Shown piece after piece: positions 1-10,136 of a stretch of DNA of 64,000 nucleotides. The translations under genes and the position numbers were made by a program. The stretch comes from a candidate division FCPU426 bacterium. GTDB lineage: Bacteria; Oederibacteriota; Muellerivitia; Muellerivitales; Muellerivitaceae. Position 1 is the first letter of the stretch. The number at the start of each line of letters is the position of its first letter. The DNA lies in contig CAWKAR010000003.1 of the NCBI GenBank assembly GCA_963847625.1, positions 96,001-160,000 of the forward strand. The letters run 5' to 3'. The notes beneath the pieces are model-generated. The model made no database searches. It worked only from the letters and a program-made list of their open reading frames with translations, and had not been told where the DNA came from.

Positions 1-960
1 TGTAATGCTCATAATGACGCCTTCCGGAACGCCCGCCTTCCGCATATTCGTCACCGCGCAGTGGCGAAGATCGTGAAAATGAAAATCCTTCAATCCTGCC
101 TTCCTGCAAGCGGTCTTAAATGCGGACCTCATATCCGTCAGCTTTTGACGCCTATAAGTGAAAACATACGGGCAACCCAAAACCCTCGGGATCTTCTTGA
201 GAATTGTTCTTAGGTTTTCATCAAGGGGTATTTCCCTTTTCGCCTGGGTTTTCGTGTCTTCCGCCTCAAGCGTGATGATCCCTTGTTGAATATCCACTTG
301 CTTAAACTCCAGCCCCATGATTTCACCCTTCCGCATTCCGGTAAAGTAAGCCAGCTCCACAATGGGTTTAAGGTGCATGGGACAATTCTCAATAAGGCTT
401 TGGTATTGCTCAGGGGTAAGGGTCTTATCCCTTGGAGTTTCCTTAAAGAGCCTCAGGCCTTCAAGGGGATTCCTGTCGATTTGCCTGTTTAACAACGCCC
501 TTCGGGCGATGGTCTTCAAGCAAGACAGGTCCCGATTAAGGGTCGTGCCCGTTAATTCCTTCCAGTGTTTATTGCCCTCTTTCCTCCTCCAGTTCAAGTA
601 TTTTTCCACCAGGTCCAGGTTGATGCTCTCAAAAGCCCTGTTGCCGAAAAAAGCCTTGAGATTCCTAACGTAAAACCTGTCCTGCTGGAAACTTTTCTTC
701 CTGGATTCGGAATAGGCCAAAAACGCGTCAGCAGCCTCGTTGAACGTTATTTTCGGCATTTCGACAGCCAAAAACTTGCCTTCAACGATGGTTTGCATGT
801 GCTGGGCCAGCACCTTCTTGGCTTTTTCCAAGGGCACTTGTCCCAACCGGACCCTTTTCCTCTTTCTTAATCCCTCCTCCTGGACCACATAATCCAGATA
901 GTATCCCCCTTCATCCTTTCGAAGATGTTGGGGTAAACCACGAACATTAGGTCTGCTCAT
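1..960 (-). CDS. int: Tyrosine recombinase/phage-type integrase (3' end outside window)
   Basis: Absent from the ORF track because it has no stop in the window. Translated by hand from ATG at 960: MSRPNVRGLPQHLRK...LAYFTGMRKGEIMGL...DTKTQAKREIPL...DFHFHDLRHCAVTNMRKAGV. Catalytic R, K and HxxR motifs are present. ATGA overlap with the upstream excisionase. Confidence 0.95.
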   Translation of the reverse strand, partial: MSRPNVRGLPQHLRKDEGGYYLDYVVQEEGLRKRKRVRLGQVPLEKAKKVLAQHMQTIVEGKFLAVEMPKITFNEAADAFLAYSESRKKSFQQDRFYVRNLKAFFGNRAFESINLDLVEKYLNWRRKEGNKHWKELTGTTLNRDLSCLKTIARRALLNRQIDRNPLEGLRLFKETPRDKTLTPEQYQSLIENCPMHLKPIVELAYFTGMRKGEIMGLEFKQVDIQQGIITLEAEDTKTQAKREIPLDENLRTILKKIPRVLGCPYVFTYRRQKLTDMRSAFKTACRKAGLKDFHFHDLRHCAVTNMRKAGVPEGVIMSIT

Positions 961-1235
961 TGTCCTCTCCTAATGTTCCTAGCAGAATTTATTTTAACAG
1001 GATTAGGCTCAATTTCCAAAGCCCCATTACCTGGGGGTTTATGGAACGTCCTTTGGAAATCCGAAAGCCATATCCTGGGATGTCGTCCGACTTTCACACA
1101 AGGCAAAGTGCCGGAATTTCGCCAGAATCGGACGGTACGCACCGGCACCTTTGCCATGAGGGCCACCTCTTCGTCCGTCATAAGGTCATCCTCCTCCCTT
1201 TTCCTTCTCTCGCTTCTTCTTCTATCCATCATCAT
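957..1235 (-). CDS. Excisionase-like helix-turn-helix protein (HTH_17/MerR-like)
   Basis: LMTDEEVALMAKVPVRTVRFWRNSGTLPCVKVGRHPRI; translationally coupled to the integrase. Confidence 0.85.
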   Translation of the reverse strand: MMMDRRRSERRKREEDDLMTDEEVALMAKVPVRTVRFWRNSGTLPCVKVGRHPRIWLSDFQRTFHKPPGNGALEIEPNPVKINSARNIRRGQ

Positions 1236-1286
1236 TGTTTTCCTGAAATGACTTGATAAGACTCAAAATCATCTGTTTTTTAAAAC

Positions 1287-1589
1287 TCAAGGGTTGCCTG
1301 GGGCCGATTCCTTCTTTTCGGCTTTCTTCTTGAATTCGGCTACAGCTGCCTTCTCTATTTCCGCCTTTGCCTTTTTGTTGGCGTTGCAAAAGTGGAAATA
1401 CTCCCCTTCCTTTTTGCCCGGCCTGGACGGGAAACCCACGAATAACCCATCCCCATCCTTCTTCTTCACCAATGTCAGGTCATTGAAGTAGAACTCATAA
1501 CTGGCAATGGCGACCTTCACGTCGAAAAACGCCTGCGTGTTCTCCCCTTCATAGGGGTACATCCTCGTAACCTTGACCTTTAAAGCCAT
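1287..1589 (-). CDS. SpoVG-family nucleic-acid-binding protein
   Basis: VKVTRMYP...AFFDV...DLTLVKKKDGDGLFVGFPSRPGKKEGEY matches the SpoVG 'GLFVxMPS' pattern; GGAGG RBS upstream. Confidence 0.75.
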   Translation of the reverse strand: MALKVKVTRMYPYEGENTQAFFDVKVAIASYEFYFNDLTLVKKKDGDGLFVGFPSRPGKKEGEYFHFCNANKKAKAEIEKAAVAEFKKKAEKKESAPGNP

Positions 1590-1624
1590 GTGCTTCCTCC
1601 TTGAATTTTTTACTAACAGCCCAG

Positions 1625-3097
1625 CTACTTCTTCTTCGGCACCTCCTTGTCGGCAAGGGTGTTCCTGGCAAATTCCAAAGCATCGTTCCTCCCCTTCTCA
1701 TTGGCTGTTTCCAAATAGACCCACCAATTAGGGGAGCCTTTCTTGGTGGAATACTCGTGGAGGATTTCGAGAAGTTCAGGTGTGTATTTGATTGGTTTAG
1801 CCCCATTGCTCCTGGGCGTTCCCCTGAAGACCACCGTGTTCCGGCCTGAATCTTTAGCGGTATAAAGTCCGTGATCCGCCGCCGTAATAATTCCTTCCAG
1901 GTTGGTGCCGTCTTCCCCCCACTCAACTAGGGCTTGGCTAATGGTCACCGGGTAGTGGATGAGAAATAGATCGTCCTTCTTGTGATCGAAACCGTCCGTA
2001 AAGTGCCGGATGTCTTCCTTCTGGATGATTTCATTAGTCTCCGTCACCACCTTTCCCTCACAGTGCTTCCTGAATTCCTCCGCTTTTTCCATCGCTTCTT
2101 CTTCTGTCCCATCCAGCACCCAGACAATTTCCTCGCCGCCATACCTCCATATCCTGTTTTTGGTGAAGATTTGCTGGCCCGCCTTGGCCAAGGCTTTCAA
2201 GACGGCGTTTCCGACCTGGTGGTTGTAGTGGACGTCGTTGAAGGATTTGAAGAAGTCAATATCAGCCATCGCCAGAAAAAATTGGTTCTTCCTCCTAGCG
2301 GCCAAGGCGGGTATTTGCTGGACTGCCGCCCGGTCATTCAAAAGTCCCGTTCGATGATCCACCAAGGTTTCCTGCACTAAATCCTCCTGGGTGGTCTGGG
2401 TTTCCGATTCGGCCCTCATCTCCTTTTCCAGAAAGGGATCGAAAATTTGTGCGAAAAGCCATTTGAGGGGTTTGACCTTTTTCAGCTTCCCCAAGGCCTC
2501 ATTTCTTCTTTTCTTTTTAGCCATTTCATATAGGCGGGTAATTTTGGGGTCGCTAACGCCTGCCTGCATGAGGGTCGTGCAAAGGGTGATGGTGCGATGG
2601 AATTGGCCGCAGGCGTAATGGGAAACAGCCAAAAGGGTCAAATAGTTGTAGTTCTTGGGATACCTCAGGCTCAAAGTCTCGAACTTCTCCACGGCGGTTT
2701 CATATTTCCCGGTGCGAATGCACAATTCCGCCTCCAAAGCCACGGCATCGGGGAAATCCCTCTTCATGGCGAAAATCTCCCCTAAGCTTTCCCGGCAATC
2801 CGAATTGAGGCCCATTTGGAATTGGGCACGCGCAAGCAATACGAGGCTTTCAGGTGTCTTGGGGGAAAAGTTGTGGAGCCGATTGATCACCTTGAGGATG
2901 GAATGGGGTTGTTTGTACCTGGCGTAAATTTTGGCCGCTTCCAGGTGGGCTTCCACGTTCTGGGGCTGATGATTGGAGATAACCTCGTCAAAAAGCTTCA
3001 AGGCTTCCTTGAAACGGTTCGTCTCCATGCATAAATGCGCCGATTGAAGGCACCGCCTGGCCAATTCCGGGTTTATCTGCAATACGTTTTCTTCCAT
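1625..3097 (-). CDS. TPR-repeat protein with C-terminal GGDEF (diguanylate cyclase-like) domain
   Basis: Helical TPR-like N-terminus; DHRTGLLN, DIDFFKSFND, VGNAVL, RYGGEEI, LYTAKDSGRN. Confidence 0.9.
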   Translation of the reverse strand: MEENVLQINPELARRCLQSAHLCMETNRFKEALKLFDEVISNHQPQNVEAHLEAAKIYARYKQPHSILKVINRLHNFSPKTPESLVLLARAQFQMGLNSDCRESLGEIFAMKRDFPDAVALEAELCIRTGKYETAVEKFETLSLRYPKNYNYLTLLAVSHYACGQFHRTITLCTTLMQAGVSDPKITRLYEMAKKKRRNEALGKLKKVKPLKWLFAQIFDPFLEKEMRAESETQTTQEDLVQETLVDHRTGLLNDRAAVQQIPALAARRKNQFFLAMADIDFFKSFNDVHYNHQVGNAVLKALAKAGQQIFTKNRIWRYGGEEIVWVLDGTEEEAMEKAEEFRKHCEGKVVTETNEIIQKEDIRHFTDGFDHKKDDLFLIHYPVTISQALVEWGEDGTNLEGIITAADHGLYTAKDSGRNTVVFRGTPRSNGAKPIKYTPELLEILHEYSTKKGSPNWWVYLETANEKGRNDALEFARNTLADKEVPKKK

Positions 3098-3101
3098 ATG
3101 G

Positions 3102-3698
3102 CTAAAACCTCTGGAAATCCGTCACGATCAGCTTTCCGTTCTCCCGTTTGACCACCACCACCAGGTGGAATGGCAACTCGATCTGGGAACCAGGCCCCCT
3201 GGCGTCCGAGTTGTAAAGGTTCTTCCCTATGACCTTCACCCAATAGTGAGTCCCGTCCGTGTTCTCCACACTTGAGCGGTCGATCTGCTGGTAGGAGACG
3301 TAGGCCTTGGTATCAGTAAGGAAAGCGACCCACTTGGGGTCTAGGAACGCCTCCTGGTAATAGGACATCATGTTGTCGCTCATGAGGTTCGCCACCTTGT
3401 CCACTTGGCGGTTGATGTCGGTGTAGCTGATGTTGAAAGCCATGATGGAAAACTTCTCGGCAAAGTCCGTTATGTCCCTGTATTGGGGGTCCTTATCCCC
3501 CGCCTGGGATTTCTCCCCGGTAACCTCTTTCTTGGAATCAGCCACATGTCCTGACCTTCCCCAAAACAGGGTGGAACCAAAACCGACCAGGGCAATAACG
3601 ATTCCAAAGATGATTTTTCCGGCATAACCCTTTTTCTCGGGTTCTTTATCGAGGAGATCAAGAATGTCATGTCCGTCTTCCTTTTTAGGTTCTGTCAT
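3102..3698 (-). CDS. Bitopic VirB8/TrbF-like conjugation protein (putative)
   Basis: One N-terminal TM helix and an NTF2-like-looking C-terminus ending ...RENGKLIVTDFQRF; overlaps the VirB4 stop. Confidence 0.55.
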   Translation of the reverse strand: MTEPKKEDGHDILDLLDKEPEKKGYAGKIIFGIVIALVGFGSTLFWGRSGHVADSKKEVTGEKSQAGDKDPQYRDITDFAEKFSIMAFNISYTDINRQVDKVANLMSDNMMSYYQEAFLDPKWVAFLTDTKAYVSYQQIDRSSVENTDGTHYWVKVIGKNLYNSDARGPGSQIELPFHLVVVVKRENGKLIVTDFQRF

Positions 3699-6268
3699 TT
3701 CATTACGACCCTATCCGGTTTATGGACAACCGGCTGCCCGTTTTTTTCCTTTGGGGCGGGTTTCAAGACGGTTTTGTTTTCCTTGTCCTCAATCCACTTG
3801 GCGATGGCCCCCAAAGTCGTAACCGGGTCCTCATCAGGGGCGTAAGTTTCCAGGTATTGATCGCGGATGGCGGCTTCTGGGCCATAGGTGGTTGCGATGT
3901 GGTAGGCCAGTTCGTCGGGATAGATGTTCACGATTCCCTGTCGGAGAGTCTGGTGGATCAGGGCTTGGGAATAGACACCTTTCACCAAATGCAGATTCAT
4001 GACCTTTTCCACTTGGTTTGGGTTTAGTTGTAAGAGTCCTTTGGCGTGGTCGATGTCATCCCCGACCAGCTTCAAGAGGATTTTTGTGGAGGTGTTCTTG
4101 AGGATGGCCTCAACACCCTTCACCCCGAAAAACTCCCCGATTTCCTGGGTGGCGAAAATGGGCTGGAGCCTCAAATGCCTGGCGGTTTTGGCAATCCTGA
4201 GAAGGAAGGCTAATCCAGCCGGGTATTGGGCCAGGTACCAGCACTCATCCATAGCAAGTTGGGATAACCGGTTCAGTTCCTTGTTCTGTTTGGCCTTCGA
4301 TAGGCAGTAATTGGAAATGACGAATACCGCCAAACCCACGGCTTTTTTGTCGTTGTCGCTGATGCCCGACGTGTCAAAAACAATGAAGGAATTGTCAGCT
4401 TTTACGGTGGATTCCCTATCCGTCAGGTTGGCGTACATCCCTTTGCCGGTGAAAAGCTTTAAAACCTCGGCTTGCTTGCGGCAGATATATTGAAACTCGG
4501 CGGGAACTTTCTTGTCGTCTGCGGTCTTCAATAAGGTTTCTTTTAGGTCGGTTAATAGGGGCACCCGCCCCTCGCCAATAGTGTTCCGGTAGGTTTGCTT
4601 GACGGCCTCCTGAAGAAGGGCCTTGTCCAATTCCTCTGATTCCTCAATGCGGTTGTCCTTGATGTTGGCCAGCACCACTCCCAGGTACATGATGATGCTT
4701 GAAATATGCTCCGAGTCGATTTCACCCTCCTTTTCCTTTATCTCGTCCAGGGGATAATCAAAGATATTCAGGTGGTGTTTGCTGTCCAGGTCGTAATTGA
4801 GGTATCTGCCCCCAGCCAACCGGCAAAGGGTTTTATACGATTGGGATTTGTCGATGATCATGATGTAGGGATTCATGGGAAGGTTCTTGATGAGAAGCTG
4901 GTTGATCGAAAAGGATTTCCCCGTGCCGGATGAACCCACGACAAGCACGTTCCAGTTCTCGGTTTCCCTGCCCCAAAGGTTCAAATGAACCATTTCGCCC
5001 GATAGGGTTTTTCCCAAGGGAACCCCGTCGGTATCGGCCAGGGATTCATATAAACAAGGAACTGCGTTGGCCATGACCGCCGTGGCCTGGAGATGCTCGT
5101 GGCCTGCAACATCCGTGGCTTGTGGAATAGTTGAAAGAAACAATCGTTTTTGTTCCGCGTAGCCTGAAAGGGGATGGACGTTCTTGAACATCCGGGAAAG
5201 GCTCTCATAACTTGAGGAAAGTTCCTTTTGGCTTTTGGAAAACAGGGTGATATAGAGGGAGAATTTGGCGAGTGATGTTTTCCTCTCGGAAACCAGTGAA
5301 AGGACGCTTTGGCGGTAATCCAGAGCCGCCTGGGCCTCGAAGTTCATGACGTTCTGGCGTTTCCACAAGGCCCCTTGGTCGCTTTGGATCTGTTTTTCAA
5401 CGATGGATTGTGCGCGGAACAGATCCACCCCTTTGATATAGAAGGAAACCTTGAAATCGTCGGTTCGTTCATAAAGTTCCTGGAAAAACAGGTTCTGCTC
5501 GTTGAAGGATGGGAATTCAGTCACATAAAGGGTTTTCCCATAGGTTTCACCCACTTTAAAAAACTTGGGGTCACTGAAATCCCAAGGAGTGGTGGAAAGG
5601 ATTTCACGCAAGGTTTGAATCCCGTATTCACCCCCTGAATAACCCGATGTTTTCTTGAACCTGTCGGGATTCCCCTGGAATCTTTCGAGGGACAGTTCTT
5701 CATATAAAAGGGTGAAGATTTCCTCTTCAGTTGCTTCCTGGGGCTCCAGACCTACGATGTTGAGTTGCGATACCCAGGATTTCCCCCGTCTGAGGACTTC
5801 CTCAATTGGGGAAACGTTCGTTTCCTTCTTCTTTTTTGCATCCATGCGTGTTTGAACTGTGAAGAGAACGTATGACCTGAAATGGCAAATCCTTTCATCC
5901 GCATAGAACCGCCTGAGCCAATTACCCAGGAATTCCGGGTACTGGTTCCTGAAAATTTCTGGTGCATTCTCGTGAATTCTTTCGTTATATCGTTGAATAA
6001 CATCCTCAACGTCGGCCAAAACCCTTTTTGTCAGGAATTGGACTTCCTCTCCGCTCCTCAAATCAGCCAGTACCGAGTCCAACTTCCTGACCTTTTCCCC
6101 CAACACTTCCGGGTCTTCCATCCAAGGGTTCAACCCACCGGCTAACTTGAATAGGCAGGCGTATTGGTCCGGGCTCCTCAAGACGAGGTATCCCGGCCCC
6201 ACCGACCGGATTCTCAACAACCCGGCGACAGGGTTGTTTCTGGTTTTTGATCCGAATAATCCCCTCAT
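3695..6268 (-). CDS. virB4: VirB4-family type IV secretion/conjugation ATPase
   Basis: 857 aa; Walker A GSSGTGKS, IIDKSQSY, Walker B LAMDECW, KTARH...FATQ. Confidence 0.9.
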   Translation of the reverse strand: MRGLFGSKTRNNPVAGLLRIRSVGPGYLVLRSPDQYACLFKLAGGLNPWMEDPEVLGEKVRKLDSVLADLRSGEEVQFLTKRVLADVEDVIQRYNERIHENAPEIFRNQYPEFLGNWLRRFYADERICHFRSYVLFTVQTRMDAKKKKETNVSPIEEVLRRGKSWVSQLNIVGLEPQEATEEEIFTLLYEELSLERFQGNPDRFKKTSGYSGGEYGIQTLREILSTTPWDFSDPKFFKVGETYGKTLYVTEFPSFNEQNLFFQELYERTDDFKVSFYIKGVDLFRAQSIVEKQIQSDQGALWKRQNVMNFEAQAALDYRQSVLSLVSERKTSLAKFSLYITLFSKSQKELSSSYESLSRMFKNVHPLSGYAEQKRLFLSTIPQATDVAGHEHLQATAVMANAVPCLYESLADTDGVPLGKTLSGEMVHLNLWGRETENWNVLVVGSSGTGKSFSINQLLIKNLPMNPYIMIIDKSQSYKTLCRLAGGRYLNYDLDSKHHLNIFDYPLDEIKEKEGEIDSEHISSIIMYLGVVLANIKDNRIEESEELDKALLQEAVKQTYRNTIGEGRVPLLTDLKETLLKTADDKKVPAEFQYICRKQAEVLKLFTGKGMYANLTDRESTVKADNSFIVFDTSGISDNDKKAVGLAVFVISNYCLSKAKQNKELNRLSQLAMDECWYLAQYPAGLAFLLRIAKTARHLRLQPIFATQEIGEFFGVKGVEAILKNTSTKILLKLVGDDIDHAKGLLQLNPNQVEKVMNLHLVKGVYSQALIHQTLRQGIVNIYPDELAYHIATTYGPEAAIRDQYLETYAPDEDPVTTLGAIAKWIEDKENKTVLKPAPKEKNGQPVVHKPDRVVMK

Positions 6269-6555
6269 ATTTCCAACTCGCTTGGTTCCCGCCCCGGGAA
6301 ATAACGCTTGGGTTCATTGTTGTACCGAATGATGTTTTCCAGGTGTCTTTCAGGCCAAAAACTTTTCATCACGAAGTAAAGGGTAGCCAGGATCAGGATT
6401 CCGAAAAAAATGACAAGGGAACCTTCCAGGCCCCAAAAGATCATGAAACCCACGAACGCGATGGCGTCCCCGATAAAAACAAACATCAATTTGTGGAAGT
6501 CCGAGGAATAGAAGAGCCCCCACATTTTGGATTCCTTCTCGAGGGGTATCGCCAT
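6265..6555 (-). CDS. VirB3/PrgI-like small membrane protein
   Basis: 96 aa with two TM helices, directly upstream of and overlapping virB4. Confidence 0.6.
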   Translation of the reverse strand: MAIPLEKESKMWGLFYSSDFHKLMFVFIGDAIAFVGFMIFWGLEGSLVIFFGILILATLYFVMKSFWPERHLENIIRYNNEPKRYFPGREPSELEI

Positions 6556-8442
6556 TTAAACCGTCCTTTTCCCCTGGGGTCCTTGGGGTCCCTTCCATGG
6601 CCTTTTGTATTCCTTCCCCTGCTGGAGCTTTTTGGCGTAATCGCCAACAAGTTTTCTTTTCTCGTTTTCATTGGTTGAAAACGTCCCCGTACCTTGGGCA
6701 TCCCTCTTGAGGCTTCCCGCGATGACGTTCCCTGAGAATTTCTTGAGAAAACCGGAAACCGGGTTGTCCGAGTCTTCTCGCTTGGGTTTGCCGCCTAAAC
6801 CTCCCAATTTCGCGATTGTGTTTAATCCCTGCATGGACTTTTGCCCGGCCAAAGCTCCCCCGGCTGTCCCAATCCCTGGAATGATGGAACCCACCGCCGC
6901 GCCTGTTGCGGCTGCCATAGCCTGGCTTGTTTCACCCGTCATCGTCTTCATGGCCCCAAATGTCCCAAGTCTTGCCTTATTAGCCCCTAAAACAGCCCCT
7001 TTGGTGTCACGGGCGAATTCATTGATCCCTTCCCCTTTCAAATTCCCTCCCTTGAAGGATGTGAAAAGCGCCGCGAATTCCTGGGCGTTGGAGATCAATT
7101 GAAGGCCTGCCAGTACCGCCACCGCCGTCAACAAACTGTTTACCCCGATGGTTTCCACCCCCCAATTGATGTTGGGGATCAGGTAAAGGCCGACCAAGGT
7201 GATGGCCCAAATGACTGAATAGAGAAGGAGTTTCACGAAGTAGCGGGTCGCCGCCCCAAAGACGGGAGCAGTCGCGGGATGTCCCAGGCAGCCTATAAAA
7301 ATGGGGCCAAGGATGAACAAAACCCACAAGTTCAATACCTGGAAGAACTTCGCGAAAATGACCGCGAAACAAGTGATGAGCCCCCAAATGGCGACCCCGC
7401 ACTTGAGCAACCCGGCTGAAAATTCAGCCAACCTGCTCGTCGGCGCTGCCGCCGTCGTGTTACCCGCTGTCCCGATATTGGTGGAAGCCTGCCCTGATTG
7501 CTGAGGATATTGGGTCCCGTTGTCCTGAACTAATCCTTGGAGTGAAAATATGCCGGGAGTTTGATTACTGATGGTGTCGGCACCCTTTGAGATCAGTACA
7601 TGGACTAATGTGGGCATTCCAAGGATCAGGATGATCCCGCCCATGGCCTGGAAAAACCTGGAATTCCCTTTTTGGGAGTCCCCCGCCGAAATCGCCGAAT
7701 AGCAGTTGTAAAAACCGATCACCACCAGGCCCAAGGCAACCAGGTAAATCAGGTTCCAAATGACCCCCTGGACAGTAATGAAATTTCCCCGGAAGTCGTA
7801 TTGGGATAACTGGAAAGTGCTGGCCCCCCCATCCGCGTTCAAGTCGATATTCTGAAAACCTTCCAAAACTCCCGAAGTCCTCAAGGTGTTCTGGTTGTAG
7901 ATGTAGTAACCCATGGCCGTCACGCCGGTCGTCAGGTAGGAAAAAATTGTCGGCCAGGCGAATAAACACAGAAACGCCGCCACGAATCCGATGACAAGGC
8001 TTGGGTCCACGAACCGGTTCCAAAGGCCGGATGACCTTTGCCCCGTGTCGATCACGAACCCCACAATGAGGATGAAAAGGCCCGTTCCGCTAGAAATCTT
8101 CAGGAGATTCAGAACCACCTGGACGGCGTTTGCGCCCATATTGTTGGTCAATGCGTTGTAGGTATTGGGCGAGGCCAAATTCGGGATATAGATGAGGAAA
8201 GTGCCGATGTACTTGTCGTAAATCTTGAAAAGGGTTTGTAATGCCCAATCCCCAATCTTATCCATCCCCTGGGCGACCCAATCCCCCGCGTGTTTGGCCA
8301 TGGCGTCGAAAATCCCACCCGAGACCCCCTGCTCGATGGTCTGTGAGGATGGGCCGCTGTCGGTGGATAAAAGCGATACGGCATTAGCCCTTGGGGCTCC
8401 CAAAAGGCATATGAAGATGAGGGGTAGGAGCCGCTTGACCAT
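6556..8442 (-). CDS. VirB6/TrbL-like polytopic membrane protein
   Basis: Signal peptide, many TM segments, 'VLFILGPIFIGCLGHPAT', Gly/Ala-rich tail; inside the T4SS cluster. Confidence 0.65.
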   Translation of the reverse strand: MVKRLLPLIFICLLGAPRANAVSLLSTDSGPSSQTIEQGVSGGIFDAMAKHAGDWVAQGMDKIGDWALQTLFKIYDKYIGTFLIYIPNLASPNTYNALTNNMGANAVQVVLNLLKISSGTGLFILIVGFVIDTGQRSSGLWNRFVDPSLVIGFVAAFLCLFAWPTIFSYLTTGVTAMGYYIYNQNTLRTSGVLEGFQNIDLNADGGASTFQLSQYDFRGNFITVQGVIWNLIYLVALGLVVIGFYNCYSAISAGDSQKGNSRFFQAMGGIILILGMPTLVHVLISKGADTISNQTPGIFSLQGLVQDNGTQYPQQSGQASTNIGTAGNTTAAAPTSRLAEFSAGLLKCGVAIWGLITCFAVIFAKFFQVLNLWVLFILGPIFIGCLGHPATAPVFGAATRYFVKLLLYSVIWAITLVGLYLIPNINWGVETIGVNSLLTAVAVLAGLQLISNAQEFAALFTSFKGGNLKGEGINEFARDTKGAVLGANKARLGTFGAMKTMTGETSQAMAAATGAAVGSIIPGIGTAGGALAGQKSMQGLNTIAKLGGLGGKPKREDSDNPVSGFLKKFSGNVIAGSLKRDAQGTGTFSTNENEKRKLVGDYAKKLQQGKEYKRPWKGPQGPQGKRTV

Positions 8443-8805
8443 TCAACTCCCCGACAGGACGGAACTGACGGGTTTCGCCCCGAATTCGCCCGCCTTGAGG
8501 ATAACGACGTTCAAAACAACTCCCGCCATGAGGATTCCCACGATGGCCAGGACGCTTCCCCAAACCCTGTCCTTGGCAGTCGTATCCCCCTTGCTGGATT
8601 CGGCCAGGTGGTCCAGGACGTTCTTGACGCACATCAAAATCTTCCAAAGACCGTAGGCGTCCAGGAGAAACAGGATAATCATCTTGAGCGGAGACAATTC
8701 CGGCATACTGGTCAAGGCCTGGGATCGGGCATCACTCGTGTACATATATATCCAAGCCGTAATCCAGACCGTCTTTATCCAAACCAACCTGTTTCTTATC
8801 CTCAT
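8443..8805 (-). CDS. VirB2/TrbC pilin-like protein (putative)
   Basis: 120 aa; signal-like N-terminus plus two hydrophobic helices. Confidence 0.5.
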   Translation of the reverse strand: MRIRNRLVWIKTVWITAWIYMYTSDARSQALTSMPELSPLKMIILFLLDAYGLWKILMCVKNVLDHLAESSKGDTTAKDRVWGSVLAIVGILMAGVVLNVVILKAGEFGAKPVSSVLSGS

Positions 8806-8822
8806 GTTTTAACTCCTTCAAT

Positions 8823-9683
8823 TTATTGGGCTGACGGTGCCCCGCCAGCGTTAGCCGACCCCTGGGATTGCAGTTGCTTGACGTTGACGCCCCCCAATTG
8901 TTGGAGGGCGGCGCTTCCCCCGGTTTGAATCGTGTTGGTCCCGGCGGTAGTTAGCGCCGTTCCCGAATTCTGCCCGGACCCAAGGGATGTCCCCAATTGC
9001 TGTCCCGTCCCCAAGAGAGAACTTAAATTCGGTATCCCTAGTGCCTGTAAAAGCTGGGAAACCACCAGGGTTCCCAGGATTCCACCCAAACTGGCTATGA
9101 CCGCCCCGACAACCTGGTTGAAGGCCAGGGCCAATTGGCTTTCACTTTGGGAGGGCTGGTATCCGGGGGCAACATAAGGTTGGGGCAGGGCCGCAACCTG
9201 GTTGGCCGCTTGGTCGGCTCCCTGGATGTTCCCCGACTGCAAGGCCTGGGCTTCCTGGGTGTAAAGAGCCCCCGCCTGCTGGAACTGGGGGTCATCGCTT
9301 TGTTGCAACTGGACAGCGTATTGCTGGAGTTGGCTGGCACTCTGGGGCGCGAAAGCTGTCCCGGCGGTATTGGCCAGTTGCTGGCTCAAGAGGGAAAGAC
9401 CCTGCATGACCTGGCATTTCACCCAATTGGAATGGCTGGCTTCGTTATATTGGTTAGCCGTAAAGATGTGGAGTTTCCGGGGGACGGGGGCATAACTTCT
9501 CACGACCGCCCTCGCGGGATCGGCCTTGGGAAACTGGGAAAGCTGTTTCATGAGCCAGTCCCTAAAATCCACAACGTTCGCCTTCAAGGCCTCCTCTATT
9601 TTTGGGTCATCGGGAACAGGACTGGCGAAAACAGGCATGTGGGCCAGTGATAAAAGGAGTAAGGGGATTAAAACCTTCTTCAT
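8823..9683 (-). CDS. Secreted Gln/Gly/Ala-rich protein of unknown function
   Basis: Signal peptide MKKVLIPLLLLSLAHMPVFA; low-complexity C-terminus. Confidence 0.7.
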   Translation of the reverse strand: MKKVLIPLLLLSLAHMPVFASPVPDDPKIEEALKANVVDFRDWLMKQLSQFPKADPARAVVRSYAPVPRKLHIFTANQYNEASHSNWVKCQVMQGLSLLSQQLANTAGTAFAPQSASQLQQYAVQLQQSDDPQFQQAGALYTQEAQALQSGNIQGADQAANQVAALPQPYVAPGYQPSQSESQLALAFNQVVGAVIASLGGILGTLVVSQLLQALGIPNLSSLLGTGQQLGTSLGSGQNSGTALTTAGTNTIQTGGSAALQQLGGVNVKQLQSQGSANAGGAPSAQ

Positions 9684-10123
9684 ACCGCCCCCTTTTTCTT
9701 CAAGGCGAAAAACAATTCCGCTAGTTCCTCGTGCCTTTCAACACCTGATAGGGCAACTCCAAACGGCTCCACACCCGGGACTTCGATAAACAAGTCACCA
9801 ATATTGAAAAGCTTTTGGACAAGGTTTTGTTTACAGGTGATATTGATGATCTTGTCGTAAGGAATGGATCTCGTTCGCTTGACCAGGATTCCAGAACGGA
9901 TTTCAAACCAATCCGGCTTAATAATGAACTTGGTAGTAGCTAGGAATAACCAAACGCAAAGGAATAGGAAGACTTCAAGAATCCAGAATCCCCTGAGGAC
10001 ATAGACAAGCCTCACGCCTTGGGGGACCAAAAGGAACAAGGCCAAGGGAACGATGAAGACAGAAAGATATTGGAAAAAGGATGGATGCAGTACCCTGAAA
10101 TTTTCCGAAATGTTCTGTTCCAA
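9680..10123 (-). CDS. Membrane protein with bacterial PH (bPH_2/YdbS-like) domain
   Basis: Two TM helices, then FEIRSGILVKRTRSIPYDKIINITCKQNLVQKLFNIGDLFIE. Confidence 0.8.
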   Translation of the reverse strand: MEQNISENFRVLHPSFFQYLSVFIVPLALFLLVPQGVRLVYVLRGFWILEVFLFLCVWLFLATTKFIIKPDWFEIRSGILVKRTRSIPYDKIINITCKQNLVQKLFNIGDLFIEVPGVEPFGVALSGVERHEELAELFFALKKKGAV

Positions 10124-10136
10124 AACTCACCTTTGA

